A model generated the notes under the pieces. That model ran no database searches, was not told where the DNA came from, and saw nothing but the letters and a program-made list of their open reading frames with translations. From positions 18,383,836-18,447,835 of the forward strand of contig OZ316893.1 of assembly GCA_973895155.1 (NCBI GenBank): 64,000 nucleotides of DNA. The letters run 5' to 3'. How positions within the stretch are numbered: the stretch's first letter is position 1; every line of letters begins with the position of its first letter. Below, piece by piece: positions 12,326 to 25,740 of this stretch. The stretch comes from Marsupella aquatica (Eukaryota > Plantae > Marchantiophyta). A program made the position numbers and the translations under genes.

Positions 12326-12337
12326 TTCACCCCCACT
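12326..12337 (-). promoter_or_regulatory. Polypurine tract
   Basis: Minus-strand AGTGGGGGTGAA immediately precedes the 3' LTR. Confidence 0.8.
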
Positions 12338-13814
12338 AAAGCTGTGCAGCCTCCGGTCTGCACCAACCTTCGTTTTCCTCATCTTCTTCCAAGTTGACTA
12401 GCGCCTCATTTCCTCCAAACCTACTCCTTTGTTTGAAAAGCTTGACTCGTTTCCCTGCATAAGGTGTACGATGCTCTGTTCCATCCAACTCTTGAATGTT
12501 GTAAGTCGCATTGTCATGAATCTTAGTCACCACATAAGGTCCTCCCCACCTCCTTTCAAACTTCTTAAGTGCCGAATCTTGATTATCCAAACTGTTGTCT
12601 GAAATCAACACCCAATCACCTTCGTGGATGGGAATTGGTCGGAGTCGATGGGTTTTGTCAAAGTGAATCTTGTTCTTCAAGCGCGCCTCTGTCACCCTCT
12701 CCCTCGCAAGCTTTATCATTTCTGGCTTAAGACTGAAGTGCTCAATCCTTCTTGCAATCAGCTCTTCAGTGGAGACCAGATCTCTCCATTCTATGGTGCG
12801 CCAACTATAGACATCTTCCTCAATTGGCATGAGTGGTAGATGCCCTGAAACTAGCTCGACTGGTGGAAACCCAGTGACCGAACTACAAGTGATTCTATCA
12901 GCCATGAGTGCCAAAGGTAGCAAATCAAGCCACAGTGAAGGCTTACCATGACACGCTTTCACTAATGCATTGACAATAGGTGGATGTCCTCTTTCACTTT
13001 TGCCATTTGCCTCTGGATTGTAAGCTGTGGTTAGCTTGAGGCAAATATGAAATTTCTGGAAGAACTCTCTTGCCTCATCGGAATCTAACTCCCCACGATC
13101 TGCTCGCATTTGGTAGAAGCAACCATGTCTAGAAATGATATCCTCCAAGATGAATTGACAAACTTGTGAAGTTGTGTTTGATGTCAGTGCTCTTCCCTCC
13201 ACATATGACGACAAGTCTTCCCTAGCTAGAACTAGGTACTTGGCTCCACGAATTCCCAATGGCATATGAACCAGATCAAGCACCCATTGAAAGTGAAGTG
13301 ATAACGGATGAGTTGGTCTTAACCCATCACGATGCCAAATTTTGGAGTAGACTAAACAAATTTCACAAGTCTCTACATACCTTCGCACATCCATATAGAC
13401 TCTGGGCCACCAATATAATCCTCTGACCCTGTCATATGTGGCTTGAACTCCTCGATGGCCAGCTATCTCCTTATCATGACATTCTTGTAGAATCATGATC
13501 TTGGTGTCTTCATCTCCCACCACTCTCATCGGTATCTGGTTTGACTTCTTCGCTCGGCGCCATAAGTACCCATCTTGTAGAAGAAAACCATAAGACTTCT
13601 TCCTAATCTTTTCAAATTCTTCTCTGCTCCATTCTGGATCTTTCTCTAATGTACTAAGATACCTTCCTATAGTGAGAAGCTCATCAGAGTATAACTCCTC
13701 TCTAAAAGTTGGCATCTTTGATACCTCATTTGCTTCTACTTTGCATTCTTCATGCTCATCATATCGAGCTCTAGATAGCATATCGGCTACTGGATTGTTC
13801 TTTCCTGCTATATG
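12336..13814 (-). pseudogene. Gypsy pol: RNase H end and integrase (HHCC zinc finger, DDE, GPY)
   Basis: HIAGKNNPVADMLSR, CHD..AGH...CEIC, LDLV...ADRG...NGKSER, WGGPY. No obvious chromodomain. Confidence 0.9.
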
Positions 13815-13939
13815 GTAATGGTAATGGTAATGTATTATAAGCTCCGGGACCATGAAAGTCAAAGGAACTGCCACAAAAAGTAAAGTACAATGCAATCAAA
13901 GAAAAGAGCAACCAAAAGAGATTGCTCAGAAGAGGACAA

Positions 13940-16900
13940 CTATGTCCTCAAAGAAACTATGGACCTAGAGAGCCCTGAAAGATTTTCCAAACCTATTCTC
14001 CTTTCCCTATCCACCGCAAAGATATATCTTCCAAGTTGCTGAGGGGGCAGACCAAACAATGCATACAAATCTTTCACCAAGATTTGAGATGCCATCCTAA
14101 CCCCCTCATAAAACTTGCAAGCAATGAATACATGATATTCATTCTCTATACTAGAGCTATCACATAGTTGACAAACCCTCTTTTTCCTGTCAATATCCTT
14201 CCATCTCCCTTGTTCTACTTCAAGGTGGTGTGAGCTTAGTCTATACTGAGCAATAAGTTGTCTAAGTTGTACTGAGATAGTGCTAGATAAGTATTCTTGT
14301 TCTCGATATTTCTTCATGGGGTTCACATCTCTCATGTAGTATTGCTGCCGTGGGCTAGGTTCATGCCAAAGTTTGTGCAAAGCCTTTTGCTCAAGTTTTG
14401 CTCTTAGCTTGGTTGGGTGTGTTGGCCATTCATGTTCAGGAAAATCCCAAGCATGGGCCCACCTGCACACATCTGCATACCACCCTTTAGCTGAAGATGA
14501 GCGCAAGGCCTGAAAAGGAAATCTGTTTTCCTCCAACTCTCTTACACGCATGATGTATTTGAGTGTGTGGAAGAGTGCCTCCACCTCCAAAGGAAACAAG
14601 CCTGCCTCTGCAAGTGTAAGTGCATATGGGGTTTGTGACTTGATCCCAAGCTCCATCTCAAGAAATAGCTTTTGCAGCCCCTCAATCTGTTGCCACCCAG
14701 ATTTAGACACACCTGCTCCCCAAATTGGCGCTCCATAAAGAATGATTGGTTTCACCAAAGCTCCAAAGAGATGTTTCCTTAACCTCCAAGTGTGTAGACC
14801 AGCTCTTTTGCATTTGTTCATGAATGCATAAAAAGCTCTGTACCCATTGGCAGCCCTAGATTTTACACATGAGGCCCAACTCAAGTTTTGAGAGAACTCC
14901 ACCCCAAGGTATTTGTAGGTCCTCACAAATTCCACCAGATTCCCTTGGAAGTAGAGCTCTGGATTTTGTCGTGTGCCAATGCCCAAACACTTGGTCTTCT
15001 TGAGGTTGACTACCATCCCTGTTGCTTGACAAAACTCCTCCAAGGCATTGAGATGTCTTTGCAAAGCTTCTTGAGCATGAGCAAGTAGGACCACATCATC
15101 TGCAAATATAAGAAGTTGGAGGACAAACCTACCCAATTGAGTGCCAACTCCACCATGCTCCTCCAAAATGTTGTGTAGCTGATCAATGAAGATGCCAAAG
15201 AGAGTTGGTGAGAGAGGACAACCTTGGATCACCCCAAGAGTGCTCCAGATTTCTTCAGAGGTTTCCTTTGAAAGTTTGATGCGCACTTCTTGGTACAATT
15301 TAGAAACAGCCAACCTGAGCTCTTCAGGCACTTCCAACTCCACCATCCTATCCCAAAGCTTGGATTGGGAAACTTTGTCAAAGGCCTTGGAGAAGTCCAC
15401 AAACAAGCAAAATAATGGTTTATGTGGAGATTTGGCCTTTTCACACAACACCCTCAAGCAGAGAATGTGATCCATAGTGCTGAATTCTCTCCTAAAACCT
15501 GCTTGTGAAGGTGCCCTTTTCATCTCACTCTCCAACCAAGAGCTTAATCTGGCTTCAAGTAGTCCTCCCAAAACTTTAGCAAAAGTATTGCCTACCATGA
15601 TGGTTCTGTAGTTGTGCACATCGTCCTTGTTGCCTGCCTTGAAGATAGGCACCACTCTTCTGGTCATCCAAGCTTTAGGTAAACCTAAAGCCATTGCTTG
15701 ATTCAGCTCATGCACCAAGTTTGTTAGTAAAGAGGGTCCTCCCCACAAAAGAAGCTCCAAGTTCAGGCCCAACAGATCTTTAGCTTTCCCATGTTGCATG
15801 TGGGAAAGATGCACCTTCACCTCCCTCTCTGTAAACTGAATGGTGTCCCCAAGGGGCAAAGGCATGCCACTAGCATCTGGAAAGAAATGCAAGGATGTGA
15901 CATAGGTTACCAGGTCCTGGTGATCCAAGGGGGGAGTAGTCTTGCCTGATTGCATTCTCTCCCAAAAACGTTTTGGATGTTTGATGAACTCCTCACATAG
16001 TGATTGTTGATGACTCTTCAAGAAGCACCTCTTCTTGTGTTTGATGAAGTTCTTGTACATAGTGAATGCCAAAAGTCTCTTTTCCCCTGAATGTGATCTT
16101 GCTTGCATCCTTGCTCTAGCACAATCCTCGTCAAACCAAGCCTTCATGTTTTGCTTTCTAGGGGGTTTGGTGGAGAAAGTAGAGGCTGCTGCTTGTGCTA
16201 TGACTTCTGAGAGCTCAATCTGATCATCCAGGGTATGGAGAAGATGTTCAAAGTTGGCTTTGAAGATGACTTCTCTATCAGGGTCTAGAAACAGAGGTTT
16301 GGGTACTGGCTTTCTATGCACTTTGTTTGGGATTGTGGTCAGGTCAAGATGGAACAACAAAGGCAAGTGTGAAGACTCTGGTTGTTGATCAAGTATTTGA
16401 AAGTCAACCACTCTAGTGGCAGAGGTAGGTGAGGCAAGAAGGTAATCAATGGTACTACATCCTTGTTTAGATCTAAAAGTGTAACCAGATGATTGGGGAA
16501 ATCTCTCAAGCCCATTCAATATTCTTAGATTACAAGAAGCTCCCAAATGCAAAAAGTGACGTGTCATGTCATTTGTTCTGGTGTCAAGAGCCTCTCTCAC
16601 CCAAGGTATCTCTTCACTACATGATGACCAAGGTAAAGTTCCTAAGTCCTCACTTTCAGTAAATTATTCATTAGATACCCTGGCATTAAAGTCCCCCACT
16701 ATCCATGTCTCCCCTAGTGGTGATATATCATGAATGACTTGGATTAACCTATGAAATGGATAATGTGCATCAGCAATTCCCATCTTATAGACATTCATAT
16801 TAAGGGGAGCAAAGTAGGTGACAATCAGAAATGATGGAGTACCTCTGGTATGAAGTCTCACCACCATGAACTGCTTGCTGGGATCTTCATGTTCAATAGA

Positions 16901-17143
16901 GGTGATGTGTTGAAGTTGATTCTTGGTGTAGACAGCAATGCCTCCAAACCCTCTTCCCCGTGTGGTCTTCTTCTCATTGAAGATGGATTGTATGCAAGTA
17001 AAGCCTTTAATGCTAGGTAGAGCATTTCCCTCATATTCCCAAGTCTCCGTGAAAAGCAAGATGTCAAAATTCTCAAACAAAGGTTCCCCTCCAATTGCTG
17101 TTTCTATGGAAAGTCCTGAAACATTCCATGCCATGACTCTCAA
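13940..17143 (-). pseudogene. LINE ORF2 (APE-RT-CCHC) with one premature stop at 16664
   Basis: ORFs 16664-17143 and 13940-16600 are in one frame. The C-terminal YRLSSHHLEVEQGRW...CQLC...ENEYHVFIAC pattern is recalled from RTE-X clade elements. Confidence 0.88.
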
Positions 17144-17155
17144 GGTCCCGATCCA

Positions 17156-17809
17156 TCATTTAGAAACAACTCTCTTCTTATTGGTAACAACAGCTTGTCC
17201 ATTGCGCAAGTAGGCTACCAATCCTTGGTCTTTGGCTACCCTCACCTTCTCAAGCTCAATTTTCCTTGCTTGGACTTGTGTGGGAGTCAGATCATCATCC
17301 AACCAAATCCTTAGCCCTTTAAGCATGCTCCTGTTAGCCATCACTCTCTAGCTTTCTCGGATTCAGCTGCAAACTTCACCAAGATTGGACGTGGAAGGTC
17401 CCCCTTCTTTTGCCCAATCCTATATGCTTGCAAAATGATAGGGTCATGCACTTTCATCTGAGATTGGAAGAATGAAATTGCTACCTTCTTGGTGTCTTCC
17501 TTCTCCTCCTCAACAAGGCCTGATATTTTGCAGTTGCTGACTCTTGCATGCTGGTTCTTGTGTTCTTCTTCTAGTGCTCTCCTCTCCTCCTCCTTGGCTT
17601 GGACAAATTCCATATGTGATTGTTTTGCAGCCTGTGCAAAGATTTTGAGCTTCTCCTCAATCTCCCCTACAGCCTCATGTATCACTGATTTCTCTGGGCA
17701 CATACTCTTCTCCATGTCTCCAAAACACGATGCAAGCAATGAGAGTTGCTTACCATTCTCCTGAGTTTGAGATCGAAGACTAATCAACCTCTTTTGCTTG
17801 ACATTCTCA
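17156..17809 (-). pseudogene. LINE ORF1, partial, frameshifted by an extra CT near 17345
   Basis: TCACTCTCTAGC here versus TCACTCTAGC in copy 1. Confidence 0.82.
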
Positions 17810-18226
17810 TTCTGGATTAATCATTCTGATGAATGCTATCCATCGTAGCATTGCTATGTTAGGGGTATCACAATTTGCAATCATCCCTAATAATGGCAAG
17901 CAATCCGCGTCAAGAACTACATACGCACCAATCAAGCTATCTTTCTCTTGTTTTAATGCAATTTTTGCACCCCACAACTCACGCTTGACTTGAGGGTACC
18001 TTCTTTGCTGCTCGGTGAAGATCTTTGCTCCAAACCTCGATGCATATCTGTTGCCTTCCTCATCATCTTGTCCAAGCGCCCATCCTGTAGCATAAGGACT
18101 TGACTCCACCGTGATGATTATCGGCTGCCCATTGGTGTAGTTTAGCGGACGCAGGACTGATGACTTCTGTAGTGCTTCCTTTAATCTGCTCATTGCAGTT
18201 GTATGGTCTATTGTCCATACAAACTT
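17810..18226 (-). pseudogene. Gypsy pol: RT connection and RNase H segment
   Basis: KFVWT...IITVESSPYATGWAL...YPQVKRELWG...MLRWIAFI. Confidence 0.88.
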
Positions 18227-18534
18227 CACAACTAGATTTTGTTGCGTCGGATGCTAACAATACCTCCTCATAATCATCGTTAATATAATTAACAACTTCC
18301 ATGACTACGTTTATAACTCCATCCAACGTAACGGTGACGTCGGAGAAATCTAAGCGCTGATTGCCCCCATTTTAACATCGTTGGAAACACATTTAAAATT
18401 AATGTCTCTGGATGAGCTGTCCTAAACATCGTTTTGGTCGTCGTTCAATATTAACGACGTCAATGTTTATGTCGTGGAGGGAGCCGTTAAAGTGGTAACG
18501 TTGCTCTGTAGGACGTTCCAATTGAATCAAGCCA

Positions 18535-19296
18535 TGTTAGACGTTGAGTACATTGGTGTGGACGACTTGAATGAGGAGTAGTCCATGCTGACTCGAGTAT
18601 AGCTTGGGTTTTCTACGGGAGGATTTTGGTTTAAGAGTGTTGAGACCAAAGTAGGCTTGCATTTGTGATTTTTGGAGAATGCACTCTTCCTGAGTACAGA
18701 GAAATTGCAGCGTGGGATAGACTTAGTATTCAATCATGGTGCGCAAGTTCTTCAAGGATGTGCATTGTTGCTTCCTTCCACTTGGTGAAGAGGACAAGAC
18801 TATCCGTGGGTTCTTTTGTCGGGGAGGCGTTATTGAGAAGTTGTGTACCTCATAAACAGACTACTTGCTGGCCTATACGTGGAAAGAAGTTGTTGAGCAC
18901 TTCAGTGACTACCATGGATTGATCGAGCACTTTGCAGAGATAGTTCATTTCATTTCTATCCGTTGGGTAGAGTGCTCAATTCTGGCCAACAAACAGTTGG
19001 ATCCAGGAGACTTCCTGCTGCATCTAGGTGATGATCAGATGTTGGATGAGGCGCCCAACCCAGATGATGGGGAGGCATATCCACCTACATTGCCCAAATG
19101 TGAGCTGTCTTCGACTGAGCTTCACATTGTCTTGTATGATTACAAGGAAAGTTGTGCAGCTGAGGTTGAGGCTGAAAGGCTAAAGGCTGGGGAAGAGGTT
19201 GTCTGGAAGAAATGGAACCAGAGACAGAGGCGTGATTCTTACAAAAGAAGGAAGGCAGATGAGGAGTACTACTGGTCTGGTGAAGGAACTCCTTAA
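18535..19296 (+). pseudogene. Unknown accessory ORF carried by the CACTA element (disrupted)
   Basis: Overlapping ORFs 18665-18922 and 18865-19296 read as coding-like and are followed by AATAAA at 19421. No recognised domain. Confidence 0.4.
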
Positions 19297-19811
19297 GTAG
19301 CAACAATCTGGATGTCAATGGATGAGGCAGTTTAGTGATTCGGCTAGGTTATAGTCGCTTTGTGGTGGACATGCAATGTGCTTTGTAGGACCTTTGTATC
19401 TCTATATCATACTGAATCTGAATAAAGACTCCCTCATGTTTTTCATTTTGAATGCATGTGCCAATTAATGTCACCACTGTCATTAACGTCGCGCGGATAT
19501 AGTAATGTTGCAATACACGACGTCTTTTGTTTAATACGTACCCTAAAATGACGTAAGTTAGTTTAACGTCATTTTAAGTGGAGAATCAACGTCGTGTGGA
19601 GTAACATAAACTGGGTCGTGGCTAAATTAACGTCGTTGAAGGCTCAATAAAACAACGTTAATTGGAATTAACGTCTGCCTGGTACGACGTAGTTTGAAGA
19701 TACATTGGTCTACCGAACGTAATAGTCATACAACGACGTTACCCACAGATGCTACAAACCCACATGAAGGTGGCCATAACGAATATATACATGCATTGAA
19801 TACATTTATGG

Positions 19812-22800
19812 TCATGGATCCATATCATCTACAATTACTGAAGCCATCAAACCCTTCCTCCGCCGTGGGAAGATGGGAATGACGATGGACCATCCTCTCA
19901 TAGTGTGCATCGGAACCATAATACACTGATCCACCTGGCTAGAAAATACTATAGTGTCACTAACCTCAGTCCCGGATGGTGCTACACGAGTCGTGTCTAC
20001 CCGATAGAACCCACACTCATCTTTCACCATGGTGGCTCTATGTGGAGGTGACATGATGGATTTGTGCCATCGCACCTCTAACACAATAGTAGTAAATGAC
20101 CCAAAGTGAACGTCTAAAATATCCAATATAGTGCCACAATAGGGTATCTCAACATCACCTGGGTCTGTCAACATGAACACTCTTGAGTTACATGTACTCT
20201 TCTTCATGTGATCTGTCCTCCAAGTGTGAAAGTGGTGCCCTGACTCATACATGTGTGTATGGGTCGTTGCCCACAACCCTGGTCCCCTAATGATGTTCTG
20301 TACATCAATGGGAATGGATAAGGGTCCATGCTCTGCAAGGAGCCTATCCATGCGCTCCAATGCCCATACGCGAAATAATGCATACCGTCGTGCAACTATC
20401 GGTTGCTGCTCCAAGAATGCACTGCAAAAAATGTATGAATCCATGAGAATATTGCAAGCTCATCCACAGAAGTGCTCCTTGAACCCACTCTAACTTCTAC
20501 ACACATAGAATGTAGAACAACGTCTACTGTTAGATTAACATATATATAGAGTTGCATATATGTACCTATGCAACTCCCTCCACTGAGACATCTCTGGGCG
20601 ATTTCCCAACACATAATTGTGGATCTGTAGGCGAAGTATGTCATCATGTAGTGAACGCTTTTTTGATGCACCCATCAAACGCAACCCACCATTGTCATCA
20701 TCTTGTGCCTCTTCCCAAGTTGTGGGAGCTTCTGTGTCCAAACTCCCTATCATCCCTCCGGAATAAAAGAGGCACTCCGACATGATATACCCCGTTGCCA
20801 TACTTCCCTCTGGTCGAGCTGGTTGACGCACCATGGACTTGAGCACTTTCATGAAGCGCTCTACCCAATACATCCAACGTGCATGGACAGGACCAGCAAT
20901 CGCGACCTCATCCACCAAGTGACATAATAAATGCAATTGCATGTCAAATATGCATGGGGGAAACACCTTCTCCATATTGCACATCACGCGAGCTGACCTC
21001 TCCCTCATCAAAGGAATCTCAGACTCCTTTATCTCCTTAGCGCATACCCACCTATGTTCCTCCTCAAAACCATCAAAGATTTTGTATATCAGATCCACAT
21101 AGGGCCATAGAAAAATGAGTTTGAAATACTTGTTGAATTACATGGCTCCTCCAGCGGTAACAAGAACTTGCAAGAGAGCAATGGAAGAGAGGGTACGTTA
21201 TCATACCTAAAAATGGAGCACATCTCATATATAGTCAGACGGAGTAAACGATGCTCCCGGGAATCATCACAACAACGCAAGACTGCTGGTAGCACATGTT
21301 GTATCAACTTGTGATAATCATGAGACTTCAACCCTATTGGGGGTATGTGATCATTCCTTGTAGTGCACCCACAAAAACCAGCTCCGTAATGGCTAGGGAA
21401 CTTCATCTCGCTTATCATCCCATTCATGTCCTTCAAAACCTCTCTTGGCAAAATCCAAGGACCAGGAGGTTTCTCCCCAGTACGTGTTATCCAACAACTC
21501 TTCACTACTCCAACCCTCTCAGCATCCTCTCGGACTCCACAAGTGTCATTCGTCCCATAAATATGCTTCACCAAGTTCTTAGCAACATTCACTTCAATGT
21601 GCATGGGGTCCAACAACCATCGAACCTGGAGTCTCTGGAAATTGAAATAACATATTGAATCAGTTGCAATCTCTAAATTAAGCATTTTATTGGTCTAATT
21701 TGCTGTAAAGGAACCATGCACTTCTATCACTTACCCTCCAATAAGGCAAGTCCCACATAGCTGAGCGTCGGTTTACTCCACAATCCTTGGGTTTCAGTAA
21801 CTTTGCTTCCACCTTCTCTGCCATTTGAATTTGTCCTTCAACTGAAGGGCCATTAGGACATGGCCGCACTTCAGTCTCTGCCCAATGTGTTGTGTTTTGT
21901 CGCAAGTGGTCATCCATTGCCAACCGGACCCTACTGCCCTCATATGTGGTTTTGTGCAGTAGTCTTGAGTACCTCCCACGCAACTCTGGGCCACATGAAG
22001 GGCAAGCTGAAAAACCTGCCACCTTCAGGCCAGATATTGTCCCCATACCTGCCATTTCATTGAACCATGTTCAGACCACAAATAACCCCAACACTTGCAT
22101 TGTACATGACATTGTGCAAACAATAGTCATTGGGTTGCCCAATGAATTACCTGGACCATCTCTGGTGCAATGAGTGATCATCACCCTCATATTGAAGGTC
22201 CTGCCATTGCCTGCTTCACGAGTGACATCTGTTGTCACTGCTCCAACCTCCCATAGATTATGTAGCTCTTCATAAGCTGGAGCCAAACAGATATCAGGAT
22301 TCTTACAGGCCTTGGGTCCAGGAATTATAGCTAATAGAAGCACATGACCCTTCTTCATTGCCAACCATGGAGGGATGTTTTGATTTATCAAAAGAATAGG
22401 CCAGATGGACTTAGGCTTCCGTCGTTGTTTATATGGGTTCACTCCATCGATTTCCAACCCCAAACGAACATTTCTTGGCTCCTGGGCAAAATTTGGCCAA
22501 GTGGCATCAATGTGCTTCCACGTTGGACTATCTTGGTGGTATTGCATTATCCGTGGTGGGGATTTGTTCTCCACATGCCAAGTCTGTAGTGTGGATATGT
22601 GCTTTCATCGGTAGAGATGCTGAAGTCGGGGAGTGATTGGGAAATAACAAAAAACCTGCCAGATCCAATGTAACTCGTCAATTTGACGACAATCACACTA
22701 AACATCCTTCCACACTACGTATTATTAAAACTAACATCGTGGAGGACGACGTTTCTTACATACGATGTACCATGCGACGTTAGTTATTGCATCCCATACG

Positions 22801-25140
22801 ACATAAAAACAAAAAAACGTCAGGTGGAAAGACATAAAGTGAGATGGACGACGTAAAGTAATCAATTACATAGTCATGTACGACGTTGTTTGAAAGAATG
22901 CAACATTAAAAGTTGGACTTTCTTGTTCTCACATTGCGTTGAGGAAAACATTACCTTTTCTGCAATCTTGTCTCCAATGGTGTCTGGTCGATACCGTGGA
23001 AGCCTACAGTGCTCCTCTGGGCAGTGAGTGTGATCCTTGTACACCCCTCTATACAAGATGCACCCACCTGGGCACATGTGGATAGTCTCTAAAGCCAATC
23101 CAATTGAGGCTAACAACTTCTTAGCCTCCCTCACACATCCAGGGAGAGTGTTTGGTTGGGGCAAGAGTTTGCCGTGGAACAATTGGAAGAGTGCATCTGT
23201 ATGGACATCCGAACCATTGAAAACTCCTTGAAAATTCAACATCAACAAAGTTGCACCCAACCTAGATTTGCAAAACCACAAACACCAGACTTTTTGCAGT
23301 TAGTCCAAGTAGCTAGATGGCATGCCTGGCACTACAACTTAGACTGCCCAATATTCACTGGATGAAATTCCAGAGTTGTGATAATTTTAGGACAACCTTA
23401 CCGTGAGGATGGAGATCCCTCAAATAGAGGTGTTCTGGCTTCAGTCTCCAAGTGATCCCAAGCTTCTTGATCCACTTCCATGATAGGGTGCTCGGCGTCA
23501 GGTGCATGAGGTCCAAAGTGAATGTCAACAAGGTGGGCAAAGGCATCTTCTTCAAGGATAGGGTCATCTCCCTCATCTCCCTCATCGTCAACATCATCAT
23601 CCAACTCTCCATTATATGCATCATGGTACTCCTCATCCTCATCGTCCATCTCATCATGGTCAAGGGGCTGACCCTTAGCATCCTCCTCGTCTGAGAAATG
23701 TAAGGTGGCACGTACGTGAAAGGCACGGGCTGATGTAGTCATCATTGATGGGTGAGGTGTGGGAGTAATATGTACACCATCCTACAGTTTTCAATATGCA
23801 ATGACAAATCACAATTAGAGAAAGGGTTTCCGTGATAAAGCTTATAGTGAAACATCAATAATGAAAAATGCAAGGGTCACCCCATAATGAATATGTCACG
23901 TACACATGTAAACATCAATGCCAATCATAATCTACGAGAATCTCTTGCATCTCGCCGCCGAATACTTGGGCCCATAGAATGGAAACAACTGAGGCAAATC
24001 ATCGGGTGCACAACCGGTAGGGACCACGATATCCACAAGAGCAAATACTCCAAGTCCTACATGAGTCCCCAATGTGGAGGGGAGGATGACCCATGGGCGG
24101 TCCCAAACTATAATAGGCTCCCAAAGCGGTAGGGAGTCCAAACTGGGCTGGGAAGGAGTCCTTTAAGATGTCCAAGGCTCTCCCTCGCAACTGTCTCGGT
24201 GCCCGGGACACCGATGTATCAAGAAAAGGGCATCGGGGTGGAACAATCCTAGGTGGACGGGACTCAATCGATCAGGGTCTAGTGGTCACCACTACTCCCC
24301 TCTCAATAGGGTGCATCCTAAACACTCTCCTCCTCCTCCAAAATACACAGTCTATCTCCCTCAATGTGGCTGGAAAATCGGATGGATGGACGAGTGGTGC
24401 GAGTGCATGATATGCAATGTCTCTCAAGCGGTCCACAAGCAAAGATCGCACTACAACAGGAATCTGTTCCACATGTTCACCAAAACAAGTTCAGAATATG
24501 ACAATCAAAAAACAATTCAAGGAAGGAGATGTTATCATAATTGCAATACCCAACAAAATTGTATTACCTCTCGGGTCGGGGGGGTGTAACGACCATGGAT
24601 CCCTAAATGGCTAAGGACAGTGGTCCTCTCGTGTAAGACAACACCCTTGCATCGTCTGCAAGGGGAAGGCATCTTGCGAAACTGGCCCAATCCCCTGAAG
24701 AGCAGCCACGGCCTCTCCAAATCCATCAGCATGATGGGGGCTCCGGCCTCTCCTACCCTCAGAATGATGTCTGCATCGACGACGCCTAGATCGGTGACGC
24801 CTAGATCGATCATACATGTCTGGTGAGTAATCTCTCTCCCGGTCCGACAGGTCGTCCCTCCCCCTATGATGATGGTCATCTCTGCGTCGGGTGTAAGTAC
24901 CCCCACCATGGTCCTCATAGGATGAGTCATCCCTCCTCCTCCCTCCCTCGTCATCCCTCCTCCTCCGCCGCTCGTCATTGCTCCTATAGCCTGATGAAGC
25001 TGAACTCCCCCTATGCCGATGATGGTGTCTATGTCGGTGAGAACTACCGCCATGCTCATCGTCATCATCACACGAGTCATCCCTTTGCCTATCCGACTCA
25101 TCATACGTCCCCCTATGATGATGATGGTATCTGTGCCGAT
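19812..25140 (-). pseudogene. CACTA TnpD-like transposase (transposase-associated Cys/His motif, Tnp2/Transposase_21, DUF4218/DUF4216-like), multi-exon; first 16 codons at 35793-35746
   Basis: PCRRCKG...HLGIHG, IHMCPGGCILY, DSPTWKHID...PRNVRLGL..DGVNP, LLDPMHIEVNV, GLKSHDYH, FDMQLHLLCHL...WMYWVER, YCGTILDI. Confidence 0.88.
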
Positions 25141-25740
25141 GGGTATAGCGACCGAGACAACAAACAGGCAAACAACAAATACTTTTCCTGTTTGCCTTAT
25201 GCTGTTACCAGGAAAAAACATCTTGTACCAGGGGAAAGAACACACAATCAGGAGTTTAGAATTGTTTAAGTTGGAGTTAGTCCATTGCGGTGAGGGAGGA
25301 TACCTTGTCATGAATCGCTGAACCACATAATAATTGAACCTCATATCCCAACACAAACAAGGGCGAGCATACATAAAAATGTCAAGGAATGCGCACAAAA
25401 ATGGTAGGTCCCACCACAATCGGCAACAAAATATATGAAAATAATACAAAATTAACGCAGCCCAAAACTTTATGGTATGATATGGTCCAAAATAAAAGCG
25501 AACAACGTCTTGACTAGCGCCTGGCGCTATCTTATCGGTATTTAAGGAAACAAATAGTTGGTGTTGAGAACATCAAGCACAACACGATGATATTTAACGG
25601 TGTAGCCTAAACGAAAAAATTATCAGCGCCTGGCGCTAACAAAACATGACGCAACATAAATAACACTATACCGTTGACATACGACAAAATCAATATAACC
25701 GTTTGGACCAATAATACAACCTACATCATCATGATTCATG

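Larger units (their letters stand above)
13812..17809 (-). mobile_element. LINE (RTE-X-like), copy 2; 5'-truncated, inserted in Gypsy pol
   Basis: (CATTAC)n tail at 13812-13832, 3' UTR, ORF2 and partial ORF1. Splits Gypsy ...RMINPE / HIAGKNN... Confidence 0.93.

Noticed and set aside
1-17583. Near-identical 3.4-kb duplication as an assembly artefact or segmental duplication
   Set aside because: The copies have different 5' truncation points, different hosts and private mutations (stop at 16664, 2-bp indel near 17345), so they are independent LINE insertions.
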